A stretch of DNA of 31,613 bases from a virus. Lineage: Duplodnaviria > Caudoviricetes. This document shows, one piece after another, positions 24,643-31,613 of this stretch. The stretch lies in the IMG/VR virus record IMGVR_UViG_3300036987_000210, positions 1 through 31,613 of that record; one strand, 5' to 3'. Position 1 is the stretch's first letter. Every line of letters starts with the position of its first letter. Under the pieces are notes generated by a model. It did not search any database and was not told where the DNA came from. It was given only the letters and a program-made list of their open reading frames with translations. Position numbers and translations under genes: made by a program.

Positions 24643-25692
24643 ATGACGAGCAATTACCACACCCCTATTCCATCCAGCCCGAAGCAACCAGCCAACGCAG
24701 CAACGATCAATGGCCCGCTTGGAGAACTGGATGTCCAACTTACCGATCACGAAGATCGGATTGTAGTGCTGGAAGGCGATTCGCCGAACTACAGCGGCAT
24801 AGCGTCTGAATTCCTAAATGGGGAGGGCGATTTTTCTGTGCCTACAGGGACGGGAGATGTGAATGGCCATGTTATCCAGGATGAGGGAGTATCTCTTCCG
24901 CAGAGAACCAACCTGAATTTTGTAGGTGCAGGTGTAGAAGTCACCAACGAAGCAGGCGGCACGCAGGTATCCGTCCCAGGCGCGTCGATCGCAGACGGAG
25001 ACAAGGGCGATATCGTCGTATCTGATGGCGGCGAAACTTGGGTGATTGATGCGAACGCCGTGACTACGGATAAGATCAACGACGCAGCTGTAACCCTTGC
25101 AAAATTGGTATCTGCCACGGCTCAATACCAATTACTCGGCCGAGTGACTGGCGGCTCTGGCGCGTTCGAAGAGATCACATCCAGTGCAAATGTTTTCTCG
25201 ATGCTTCAGGCCGCGGATTATGCTGCCATACGCACCCTGCTGGGACTGGTCATTGGCACGAATGTGCAGGCGTATGATGCAGACCTTGACGCTTGGGCAG
25301 GCAAAACTGCACCCAGCGGTGCGGCGGTTGGGACATCAGACACTCAGACACTGACTAACAAACGGATCGATCCACGAGTCTCCACGGAGGCTTCGTCTGC
25401 AACACCTACAATAAACACCGACAATGTGGATGCTCATAGCATCACAGCACTTGCCACTGCGATCACGAGCATGACAACAAATCTATCTGGAACGCCGGTA
25501 GACTTCCAGAAGTTAATTATCCGCATCAAGGATAACGGCACGGCTCGGGCAATCACATGGGGAGCATCCTTCGAAGCCAAGGGAGTTGCCTTGCCAACCA
25601 CAACAGTACTTGGCAAGGTGCTGACGGTTGGGTTTATTTATGACACAGTAACTTCCAAATGGGGTTGTGTGGCTTCGGCACAGGAGGCTTAA
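24643..25692 (+). CDS. Tail fibre-like protein
   Basis: QRTNLNFVGAGV, DGDKGDI, AVTTDKI, GTNVQAYD, TQTLTNK motifs. Confidence 0.8.
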   Translation: MTSNYHTPIPSSPKQPANAATINGPLGELDVQLTDHEDRIVVLEGDSPNYSGIASEFLNGEGDFSVPTGTGDVNGHVIQDEGVSLPQRTNLNFVGAGVEVTNEAGGTQVSVPGASIADGDKGDIVVSDGGETWVIDANAVTTDKINDAAVTLAKLVSATAQYQLLGRVTGGSGAFEEITSSANVFSMLQAADYAAIRTLLGLVIGTNVQAYDADLDAWAGKTAPSGAAVGTSDTQTLTNKRIDPRVSTEASSATPTINTDNVDAHSITALATAITSMTTNLSGTPVDFQKLIIRIKDNGTARAITWGASFEAKGVALPTTTVLGKVLTVGFIYDTVTSKWGCVASAQEA

Positions 25693-26352
25693 ATGCCTAT
25701 TACAACGAGCGGAGCGTCAGCTTGGGATAGAACGGGGTCTTCTTCTTCAACCTACAGTGTTGCATATAATGTCGCGGCTGGAAGCAATATAGCCCTATAT
25801 GTCTTTTTGGCTTCCACAGCGGGTATTAGCTCTGCCACCGTAACCTATAATGGAGTTGGTCTAACAAAACTTAGTGGAACTAAAGCTGAAGTCGGAATAC
25901 ACAGGTTGGTGAATCCTTCCACTGGAAGTAACACTTTGGCTTTTGCTTCTTTGGGAAATCATGGCTCTTTTGCGTTAGGGTTATTCGCGGTTGCAGTATA
26001 TGGAGTACATCAGACGACTCCAGAAAGAAGTTTCGTATCGGCAAACGGAAGCAGTACGACACCCACTATAAACGTAACAAGTGATGTGGGAGAGTTAGTG
26101 TTAGATATTGCTCAAACCTATAGGGGTGCGGGTGGAGTTTCAATGACTACGGGTTCTGGTCAAACAACCCTATCATCTGTTTATAACGAAACGCTTGGGG
26201 GAGGTTTTGCCACCTCTATAACAAAGGAAGACGGGGCAGGTACAGTTACCATGTCTCGTTCTTTGAACACATCTAATGGTTGGCACATTGGAGCAGTATC
26301 GGTAAAACCAGCGGAAGAAACCAACGCTTCTAATTTCTTGATGTTTATGTAG
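25693..26352 (+). CDS. Ser/Thr/Gly-rich beta protein, probable receptor-binding or fibre-associated
   Basis: SD AGGAGG; directly after fibre gene; AT-richer; hydrophobic end NFLMFM. Confidence 0.65.
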   Translation: MPITTSGASAWDRTGSSSSTYSVAYNVAAGSNIALYVFLASTAGISSATVTYNGVGLTKLSGTKAEVGIHRLVNPSTGSNTLAFASLGNHGSFALGLFAVAVYGVHQTTPERSFVSANGSSTTPTINVTSDVGELVLDIAQTYRGAGGVSMTTGSGQTTLSSVYNETLGGGFATSITKEDGAGTVTMSRSLNTSNGWHIGAVSVKPAEETNASNFLMFM

Positions 26353-26367
26353 AAACGACGCAATTTT

Positions 26368-26412
26368 GCAGCCCTGTTTGCTCCGTCGGGGGCAAACAGG
26401 GCTGTGCTTTTA
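26368..26412. terminator. Terminator between convergent tail operon and integrase
   Basis: GCAGCCCTGTTTGCTCC-GTCG-GGGGCAAACAGGGCTGT. Confidence 0.75.
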
Positions 26413-26413
26413 A

Positions 26414-27469
26414 TCAAGAGAGCTGAGCTTTCAGAGCATCGATCAGGCGAAGTATTTCAGTCTTATCCAAGTCTGTGTTTGAGGCACCCAGGCTCGTGAT
26501 GACATTGCGAACCTGATTGCTCGTGAGCCCACCGTAGACCTGGTCCGTGATAATGGTGTTGGCATGCATCACGTTCTGCGACACAGCTTTCACCTCTTCC
26601 TGGGTGCGAGCATGGCTGCGAGCATAGACGATATGCCCGTGCCGGAAGCGGTGAGGGGACAGGTAACGAATGCCTGCCTTTTTGCAGATCAAGATGATAT
26701 CGTCACGAATGGCGCCACTGCGTTCCTTGATCGCGGTAGCGGATTCGTAGACGGACATGCCGTCATGATTGAGAGGGGCATACCATAATGCCGATGGTGC
26801 AAACCCCAGCTGGCGGAGTCTGCCATCCCATTGCTGCACAATGCTCAACAGGTCGGGAATATTGAGCAGGTAGGTGATCGCGGCTTTGTTGTTCTTGGTG
26901 CGAGGACCCATGCTCGGCACTTGATAAATGCGCATGTTGGGCAGATCCACACACTGCCGTGGCAGGGAGGCGAAGGTATCCGCCCGCATGCCTGACAGGT
27001 AGAGCATGCACGCAGCTGCTTTGGCGCGTTCTTCGCGGAGCGTTGCTGCAGAAACGGTGGCGATCGCTCGCACTTCCTCCAATGCGTAATACTTATGCTC
27101 TTCGAGGCTGGGCTGGGGTTTGCTGTCCCGATTGGGAACGAGGAGATCGATCCAGCCCGCGTTCAGCTTTTGGTAACGTGGCCAGTGTTTGAGGGCAAAT
27201 TCAAAATACATGCGCGTGGTGCTGAGCGCTTTGTAGATGGTGATATAGCTGAGTCCTCGTCCCTTACCGTCATTCCGTGCGGTTTGCAAGTAGGTAGGAA
27301 ACGAAGGGAATATTTTATGTGCTTGGTGCAGGGGAGTCTCATCTGCCCACTCGATCAAGTGACGAAGGTACATCCAATTCTTGCGGATGGTCTTCTCGTG
27401 TCGACCTTGCACGTGTTCCTGGTGGTGCAGCCACTCACGGACATCAAGCCAATTTTGACGGTAAATCAT
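26414..27469 (-). CDS. int: Tyrosine integrase
   Basis: SGMR, RTKNNK, HRFRH, MH...TDQVY catalytic set; SD GGAGG; near tRNA 3' end. Confidence 0.93.
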   Translation of the reverse strand: MIYRQNWLDVREWLHHQEHVQGRHEKTIRKNWMYLRHLIEWADETPLHQAHKIFPSFPTYLQTARNDGKGRGLSYITIYKALSTTRMYFEFALKHWPRYQKLNAGWIDLLVPNRDSKPQPSLEEHKYYALEEVRAIATVSAATLREERAKAAACMLYLSGMRADTFASLPRQCVDLPNMRIYQVPSMGPRTKNNKAAITYLLNIPDLLSIVQQWDGRLRQLGFAPSALWYAPLNHDGMSVYESATAIKERSGAIRDDIILICKKAGIRYLSPHRFRHGHIVYARSHARTQEEVKAVSQNVMHANTIITDQVYGGLTSNQVRNVITSLGASNTDLDKTEILRLIDALKAQLS

Positions 27470-27882
27470 GATACACCTCCCGCTTCAGATTGTTTGCGCT
27501 GCGCTCGATTTACGAGGCATTTACAGTGTGGGCATTTGGATTGCATGATCTCAATATAGAGATTGGTGTATTTGAGTTTGGGGTTTGTCATGGCGACCGC
27601 TTGATTGCACTTCATGCACCAAGCATACCCATCTGGGAGGGGTGTTCGTTTGCGGCGGTTTTTGACAATGGTCATCTTTGCCCATGCAACAAAGGCAGGA
27701 CCGTGAATCCAAATGCCCTGGCGATCCTGGATGTGTGGCAGCCCAGCAGGAAGGTATGAGCGATACAGGGTGTCGAGGGTGACACCGATCTCGCTGGCCA
27801 GTTCCTTGGGCTTATACATCATGTCCAAGATGCGAGAGAGGCGAATGATCTGCGTGTGCTTTAGAAGCGGCTGTCTTTTCAT
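27466..27882 (-). CDS. Excisionase-like HTH protein with C-terminal Zn ribbon
   Basis: YKPKELASEIGVTLDTLYRSYLPAGLP HTH; CMKC...CPHC; ATG 27882 after AGGAG; coupled to int. Confidence 0.7.
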   Translation of the reverse strand: MKRQPLLKHTQIIRLSRILDMMYKPKELASEIGVTLDTLYRSYLPAGLPHIQDRQGIWIHGPAFVAWAKMTIVKNRRKRTPLPDGYAWCMKCNQAVAMTNPKLKYTNLYIEIMQSKCPHCKCLVNRAQRKQSEAGGVS

Positions 27883-27899
27883 AATCAACTCCTAGAATC

Positions 27900-27949
27900 G
27901 AAAAAGCGAAAATGCGCAGGGACGTAAGTCACTGATACGCATTCTCGCT
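27900..27949 (-). terminator. Terminator-like hairpin between tRNA and xis-int
   Basis: Minus strand GCGAGAATGCG-N21-CGCATTTTCGC then TTTTT. Confidence 0.45.
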
Positions 27950-28016
27950 CTCTCCAAGAGCGATGTATGTGAGCCATTTTCTAAAATGAGAATTACATTA
28001 AAAAAGGCTGTTTTAG

Positions 28017-28091
28017 TCGGGGCGAAAGGATTCGAACCTTCGGCCTCTTGCTCCCAAAGCAAGCGCGCTAGCCGGACTGCGCCACGCCCCG
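28017..28091 (-). tRNA. tRNA-Pro(UGG), CCA not encoded; likely integration site
   Basis: CGGGGCG acceptor stem; anticodon arm CTTGC-TTTGGGA-GCAAG; T-arm GGTTCGAATCC. Confidence 0.96.
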
Positions 28092-28110
28092 ATGTCATCT
28101 AAGCCTGCCG

Positions 28111-28140
28111 AGTATAATGCGAAGGATGAGTACCCGTCAA
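28111..28140 (-). promoter_or_regulatory. tRNA promoter TTGACG-N18-TATACT, overlapping a divergent TATAAT (28113-28118)
   Basis: Hexamers read directly on both strands. Confidence 0.55.
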
Positions 28141-29019
28141 GCAATTATCCATGCAACTCTGCTCGCGCTTCTCTTTGGACTTTCAGCCTGTTCCACCCCA
28201 ACAGACATTCCCTCCACTGCTACAGTGACCGTTCCCCCGCCCGCTCCAACAGTGACTGTCACTCCCAGCCCCGTCCCGCCGACGGCCACAGCCATCCCCT
28301 TAGCCTGCCTAACCCAGCCTGGTACGGTGACAGGCGGCGAAGTCTCCACCACCAAACCACCGCAACAATTCCTTATCTATCTGCCGCCCTGCTACACTGA
28401 ATTACCCGACCAGCGCTATCCCGTTCTTTATCTTTTGCATGGTCAAACGTTTACACAAGATCAGTGGGTGCGCCTTGGGGTTCCCCAAGGCGCAGATCGT
28501 CTGATCCACTCTGGCGTGAGCGTGCCATTTATTGTCGTTTTCCCGGATGACCGCTACTGGAATTCTCAGCCTGGCCCGGGCTTTGGAGATCGACTGATCA
28601 ATGTCCTCATCCCTTATGTGGATGAAAACTATCGTACCATCGCAGACCGTGACCATCGCTCTCTTGGGGGGCTTTCCCGCGGCGGCGGTTGGACGGTAAA
28701 ACTTGGCTTTGAACACACCGATTTGTTTGGTTCGTTGGGACTGCATTCCCCTGCTGTGTTCAAAGATAACGCCCCCGCTGTCGAACGAGTGATCAGAAGC
28801 ATCCCCGAAGATTTGCGTCCGCGCTTGTGGCTGGATGTGGGAGATGCAGACAGTGAATTGGTAAGCATCCTATTTCTGGAAGAGATGCTCACCCGCAATC
28901 GTTACTTTCATGAATTTCATTTCTATGCCGGCAGCCATTCGGAAGCTTATTGGGGCGCTCATGTTGAAGAGTACCTGCGTTGGTATACAGAGGCATGGAA
29001 TGAAGCAGATGTTGAGTAA
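28126..29019 (+). CDS. Alpha/beta-hydrolase esterase lipoprotein (host)
   Basis: Lipobox LSAC, Pro/Thr linker, YPVLYLLHG, GGLSRGG. Confidence 0.88.
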   Translation: MSTRQAIIHATLLALLFGLSACSTPTDIPSTATVTVPPPAPTVTVTPSPVPPTATAIPLACLTQPGTVTGGEVSTTKPPQQFLIYLPPCYTELPDQRYPVLYLLHGQTFTQDQWVRLGVPQGADRLIHSGVSVPFIVVFPDDRYWNSQPGPGFGDRLINVLIPYVDENYRTIADRDHRSLGGLSRGGGWTVKLGFEHTDLFGSLGLHSPAVFKDNAPAVERVIRSIPEDLRPRLWLDVGDADSELVSILFLEEMLTRNRYFHEFHFYAGSHSEAYWGAHVEEYLRWYTEAWNEADVE

Positions 29020-29053
29020 GATATAATTTTCAAAAATAGAAACAGGAGTTTTC

Positions 29054-30031
29054 ATGAATATCTTTGTTACCGGTGGAGCGGGCTACATTGGTTCCGCCAC
29101 TGCTGAGGCCTTGATCAAAGCGGGACACTCCGTCACCGTATATGACTCTCTGGTGACCGGGCACCGGGCTGCAGTCCCGGCGGAGGCGCATTTCATCCAT
29201 GCTACATTGGATGATAGCCATGCGCTGGCGGAGGCGTTGACATCAAAAAAATATGATGCTGTGATGCACTTTGCTGCGTTTATCGAAGCGGGCGAGAGTA
29301 TGAAAGACCCCGGCAAGTTCTTTCGCAATAACTTTACCAACTCCCTGCAATTGATGGAGACGGCGGTAAGGGCGGGAGTGAAGAAATTGGTCTTTTCCTC
29401 CACGGCAGCGGTGTATCGATCCAGCGAGGAGCCGATCACTGAGGATTCTCCAATTGGGCCGACCAACGTATACGGGCACACCAAGTTGATGACCGAACAG
29501 GCGTTGGAGTGGTATCGCAGTATTTACGGTTTGCATTTTGCAGTGCTACGCTATTTCAACGCGTGCGGAGCTTTGCCCGGACGCGGTGAGGCGCACCAGC
29601 CTGAGTCACATTTGATTCCACGCGTGTTGCAGATCGCGCTGGGGCAGGCAGAATCGGCGACCATCTTTGGCATAGATTACCCCACGCCTGACGGCACTTG
29701 CATCCGCGATTACATTCATATTGCGGATCTGGTCTCTGCGCATATTCTTGCCTTAAATGCTCTGGAAACGCGCGACAAAATGATCTATAACGTGGGCAGC
29801 GGCAATGGCTTCTCTGTCCGTGAGGTGATCGAAACGGCGCGCAAGGTGACAGGGCATGCCATCCCTGTGATCGAAGCGCCGCGCCGCCCCGGTGACTCTG
29901 CCCGTTTGGTGGCTTCGCCAGATAAAATAAAAAGCGAACTGGGTTGGAATCCGCAGTTCACCAATTTGCAGGATATTCTTTCCAGCGCATGGGAGTGGCA
30001 CACGACCCATCCGCATGGATATAAGAAGTAA
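29054..30031 (+). CDS. galE: UDP-glucose 4-epimerase
   Basis: VTGGAGYIGS, YGHTK, LRYFN, DGTCIRDYIH. Confidence 0.97.
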   Translation: MNIFVTGGAGYIGSATAEALIKAGHSVTVYDSLVTGHRAAVPAEAHFIHATLDDSHALAEALTSKKYDAVMHFAAFIEAGESMKDPGKFFRNNFTNSLQLMETAVRAGVKKLVFSSTAAVYRSSEEPITEDSPIGPTNVYGHTKLMTEQALEWYRSIYGLHFAVLRYFNACGALPGRGEAHQPESHLIPRVLQIALGQAESATIFGIDYPTPDGTCIRDYIHIADLVSAHILALNALETRDKMIYNVGSGNGFSVREVIETARKVTGHAIPVIEAPRRPGDSARLVASPDKIKSELGWNPQFTNLQDILSSAWEWHTTHPHGYKK

Positions 30032-30066
30032 AAAAATCGCCCGGTCAATTTGACCGGGCGATTTTT
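30031..30066. terminator. Bidirectional intrinsic terminator
   Basis: AAAAAATCGCCCGGTCAA-T-TTGACCGGGCGATTTTT between convergent genes. Confidence 0.88.
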
Positions 30067-30313
30067 ATAACCCAAGTTTTGATTCGAGATCGTCAATTGC
30101 CGATTTGGCTTCCGCCAGCCCTGTGTTGTACAACTCGCGATGAACTTTGATGGCTTCGATTTTGTTGCCTTGTTTGATCAATTCAATTAGTTTTGCATTT
30201 GCCATGCGGGGATTTTCGATATACTCAATACCAAGTTTTTTGTATAAAAACTCGATGCGGTCGTCCAATTCTGCCACGCGGACGCGGAGGCGGGTGATCT
30301 CTTCGTCTGACAT
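30065..30313 (-). CDS. Small protein with ribosomal L7/L12 C-terminal-like domain (not rplL)
   Basis: GNKIEAIKVHRELYNTGLAEAK; SD AGGAG. Confidence 0.8.
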   Translation of the reverse strand: MSDEEITRLRVRVAELDDRIEFLYKKLGIEYIENPRMANAKLIELIKQGNKIEAIKVHRELYNTGLAEAKSAIDDLESKLGL

Positions 30314-30331
30314 TTGATTTCTCCTTGAAGG

Positions 30332-30961
30332 TTATTTTCCGCAGGTGAAGCGGTCCAGCGCAGCATCAAATAAGGGACGGGCTGCTTCGGCATTGGGAGT
30401 GTACACCTTCCATGCGAAGACACGGTCACCACAGACCCAGGCGCCTGCTCCGCCATATGGCAGGACGGGGGTTGCTCCCGAGGCGATCTGGGTGTACATC
30501 GTGTTCATGTTACGCAGGAGCATCACATCCATGGTGCCTTCGCGGGTGTCAACTTGCGGGTCGATGATGGTATCGAGCAGGAATTTCGGGTCGGAGGTGC
30601 CGGGCGCGGTCTGCCACATGACTTGGATAAAGAGATTGGCGTTGAAGGCGGCGAGTATACCCTGTCCGTAGGAGCTGGGTGCGGCGGGATTTTGCTGGGC
30701 GCTTACGTCGAAGAATGCCATTTCAATGGGATGCCCGATACAGAATTGATATTCACAGAACAAGCCCGCAAGGCTGAATGGTGTGGGGGATGGGTAGGGC
30801 GTCGCTGCGGGCGGAACCGTCGCCTGGGGCATGGCGGCGAGGGTGGCGGCAACCGCCTGCTGGATTTGTGTATCGGCGCTGGGAGTCGCTTTGAGCGAGC
30901 AACCAACTGTAAGAAGCAGAATCAGGCTAAACGTTAAGTAAAGAGGCGTGCTTTTTTTCAT
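30332..30961 (-). CDS. Hypothetical lipoprotein (host)
   Basis: Signal peptide with TVGC lipobox; AVAATL and Pro/Thr-rich linker. Confidence 0.8.
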   Translation of the reverse strand: MKKSTPLYLTFSLILLLTVGCSLKATPSADTQIQQAVAATLAAMPQATVPPAATPYPSPTPFSLAGLFCEYQFCIGHPIEMAFFDVSAQQNPAAPSSYGQGILAAFNANLFIQVMWQTAPGTSDPKFLLDTIIDPQVDTREGTMDVMLLRNMNTMYTQIASGATPVLPYGGAGAWVCGDRVFAWKVYTPNAEAARPLFDAALDRFTCGK

Positions 30962-30976
30962 CCTAAAATTATAAAC

Positions 30977-31011
30977 GGAAAAGCCCTGTCAATTTGCGAC
31001 AGGGCTTTTCC
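30977..31011 (-). terminator. Terminator downstream of nirK
   Basis: GGAAAAGCCCTGTC-N7-GACAGGGCTTTTCC. Confidence 0.8.
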
Positions 31012-31026
31012 TATCAGTACTGTTTT

Positions 31027-31613
31027 TTAGTGCCCGCTGCCGGGTTGGATGGTGCCGTTGAAGATTTCGGGGTTGTCATCTCCTTCAACGATCAGGTAGC
31101 CAGCCAAACCGCGTTGGAGTCTGGAGAGGGCGTGGTCAACAAGGATGTAGTTGCCGGGGACTTCGAGCTTGAACTCGACCATGGTTGCGCCTCCGGGCGG
31201 GACGAGGGTGGTTTGCACGTCGGTGAGCGGTGCGGACGTGAGGGAGGCTTGGTCGTACACGCGGTCGAAGATTTCGCCGATGACGTGGAAGGATGAGGTC
31301 AGGTTGGGTCCGCCGACACCGAAGAAGATGCGCACAGTTTCGCCTACGTTGGCACGCAGTGGTTTCTGTTCGGTTAGCGCGCCGACTGCGCCATTGAAGA
31401 CGACATATTCAGGGTCTTCGTTGAGCAGTTTGGTGATGTCGGTGGTTTGCTTGCCATGATCGCCGAATGCGCCGGTGGTGTAGATGTCACCCTGCATCAC
31501 GTAGAACTCGCGGTCTACAGGAGCCAGACCTTCTTCAGGTTCAACGAGGATAAGTCCGTACATGCCATTGGAGATGTGATGGGCAACCATTGGGGTGGCG
31601 CAGTGATAGACGA
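31027..31613 (-). CDS. nirK: Copper-containing nitrite reductase, 5' part outside window
   Basis: VYHCATPMVAHHISNGMYG Cu ligands; GPNLTSSFHVIGEIFD; YILVDH. Confidence 0.93.
   Translation of the reverse strand, partial: VYHCATPMVAHHISNGMYGLILVEPEEGLAPVDREFYVMQGDIYTTGAFGDHGKQTTDITKLLNEDPEYVVFNGAVGALTEQKPLRANVGETVRIFFGVGGPNLTSSFHVIGEIFDRVYDQASLTSAPLTDVQTTLVPPGGATMVEFKLEVPGNYILVDHALSRLQRGLAGYLIVEGDDNPEIFNGTIQPGSGH

Larger units (their letters stand above)
1..28016. mobile_element. Temperate prophage (siphovirus-like, cos/HNH packaging); right portion, left end outside window
   Basis: Contiguous replication, packaging, head, tail and integrase genes end at the 3' end of a tRNA; housekeeping genes resume beyond the tRNA. 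Confidence 0.95.

Noticed and set aside
22476-26352. Diversity-generating retroelement or invertible tail-fibre cassette
   Set aside because: No reverse transcriptase, TR/VR pair, invertase or flanking inverted repeats seen by eye
27892-28098. 68-aa minus-strand ORF
   Set aside because: Overlaps the tRNA-Pro gene and att region; spurious
30065-30313. rplL (ribosomal protein L7/L12)
   Set aside because: Only a C-terminal-like motif, 82 aa, not in an rplJ/rpoB context
28126-31613. galE and nirK as phage auxiliary metabolic genes
   Set aside because: They lie beyond the tRNA/att boundary and are host chromosome

Overview
Positions 1 to ~28,016 are the right-hand part of an apparently intact temperate siphovirus-type prophage. 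It is integrated at the 3' end of a tRNA-Pro(UGG) gene (28017-28091, minus strand), and its left end and immunity region lie outside the window. Gene order: membrane/Zn-finger gene, DnaD-domain initiator (iterons inside) and DnaC-like loader; holin-like gene, HNH, cos-like region; terS1, two ParB-methyltransferases, terS2, terL; a small regulatory island; M23 endolysin; portal, S49 protease, scaffold and P22-type coat; neck and tail genes with a -1 frameshifted chaperone; tape measure, Dit, tail tip and fibres; then a convergent xis-like/tyrosine integrase pair. Host genes follow: an esterase lipoprotein, galE, two hypothetical genes and a partial nirK. Gene style suggests a Chloroflexota (Anaerolineae-like) host, but this is inference only. 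The most notable signals: (1) 14 consecutive AGCGWCGCT-type sites at a mean 10.5-bp period inside the gene for a membrane-anchored Zn-finger protein; (2) a conserved two-hairpin leader/terminator RNA heading both late operons; (3) a shared 30-bp promoter at 76 and 10002; (4) SOS-box-like operators over a candidate sRNA promoter and the structural-operon promoter; (5) two intact terminase small subunits; (6) a hybrid HK97/P22-type head module. All product calls come from motif recognition by eye; no database searches were run.
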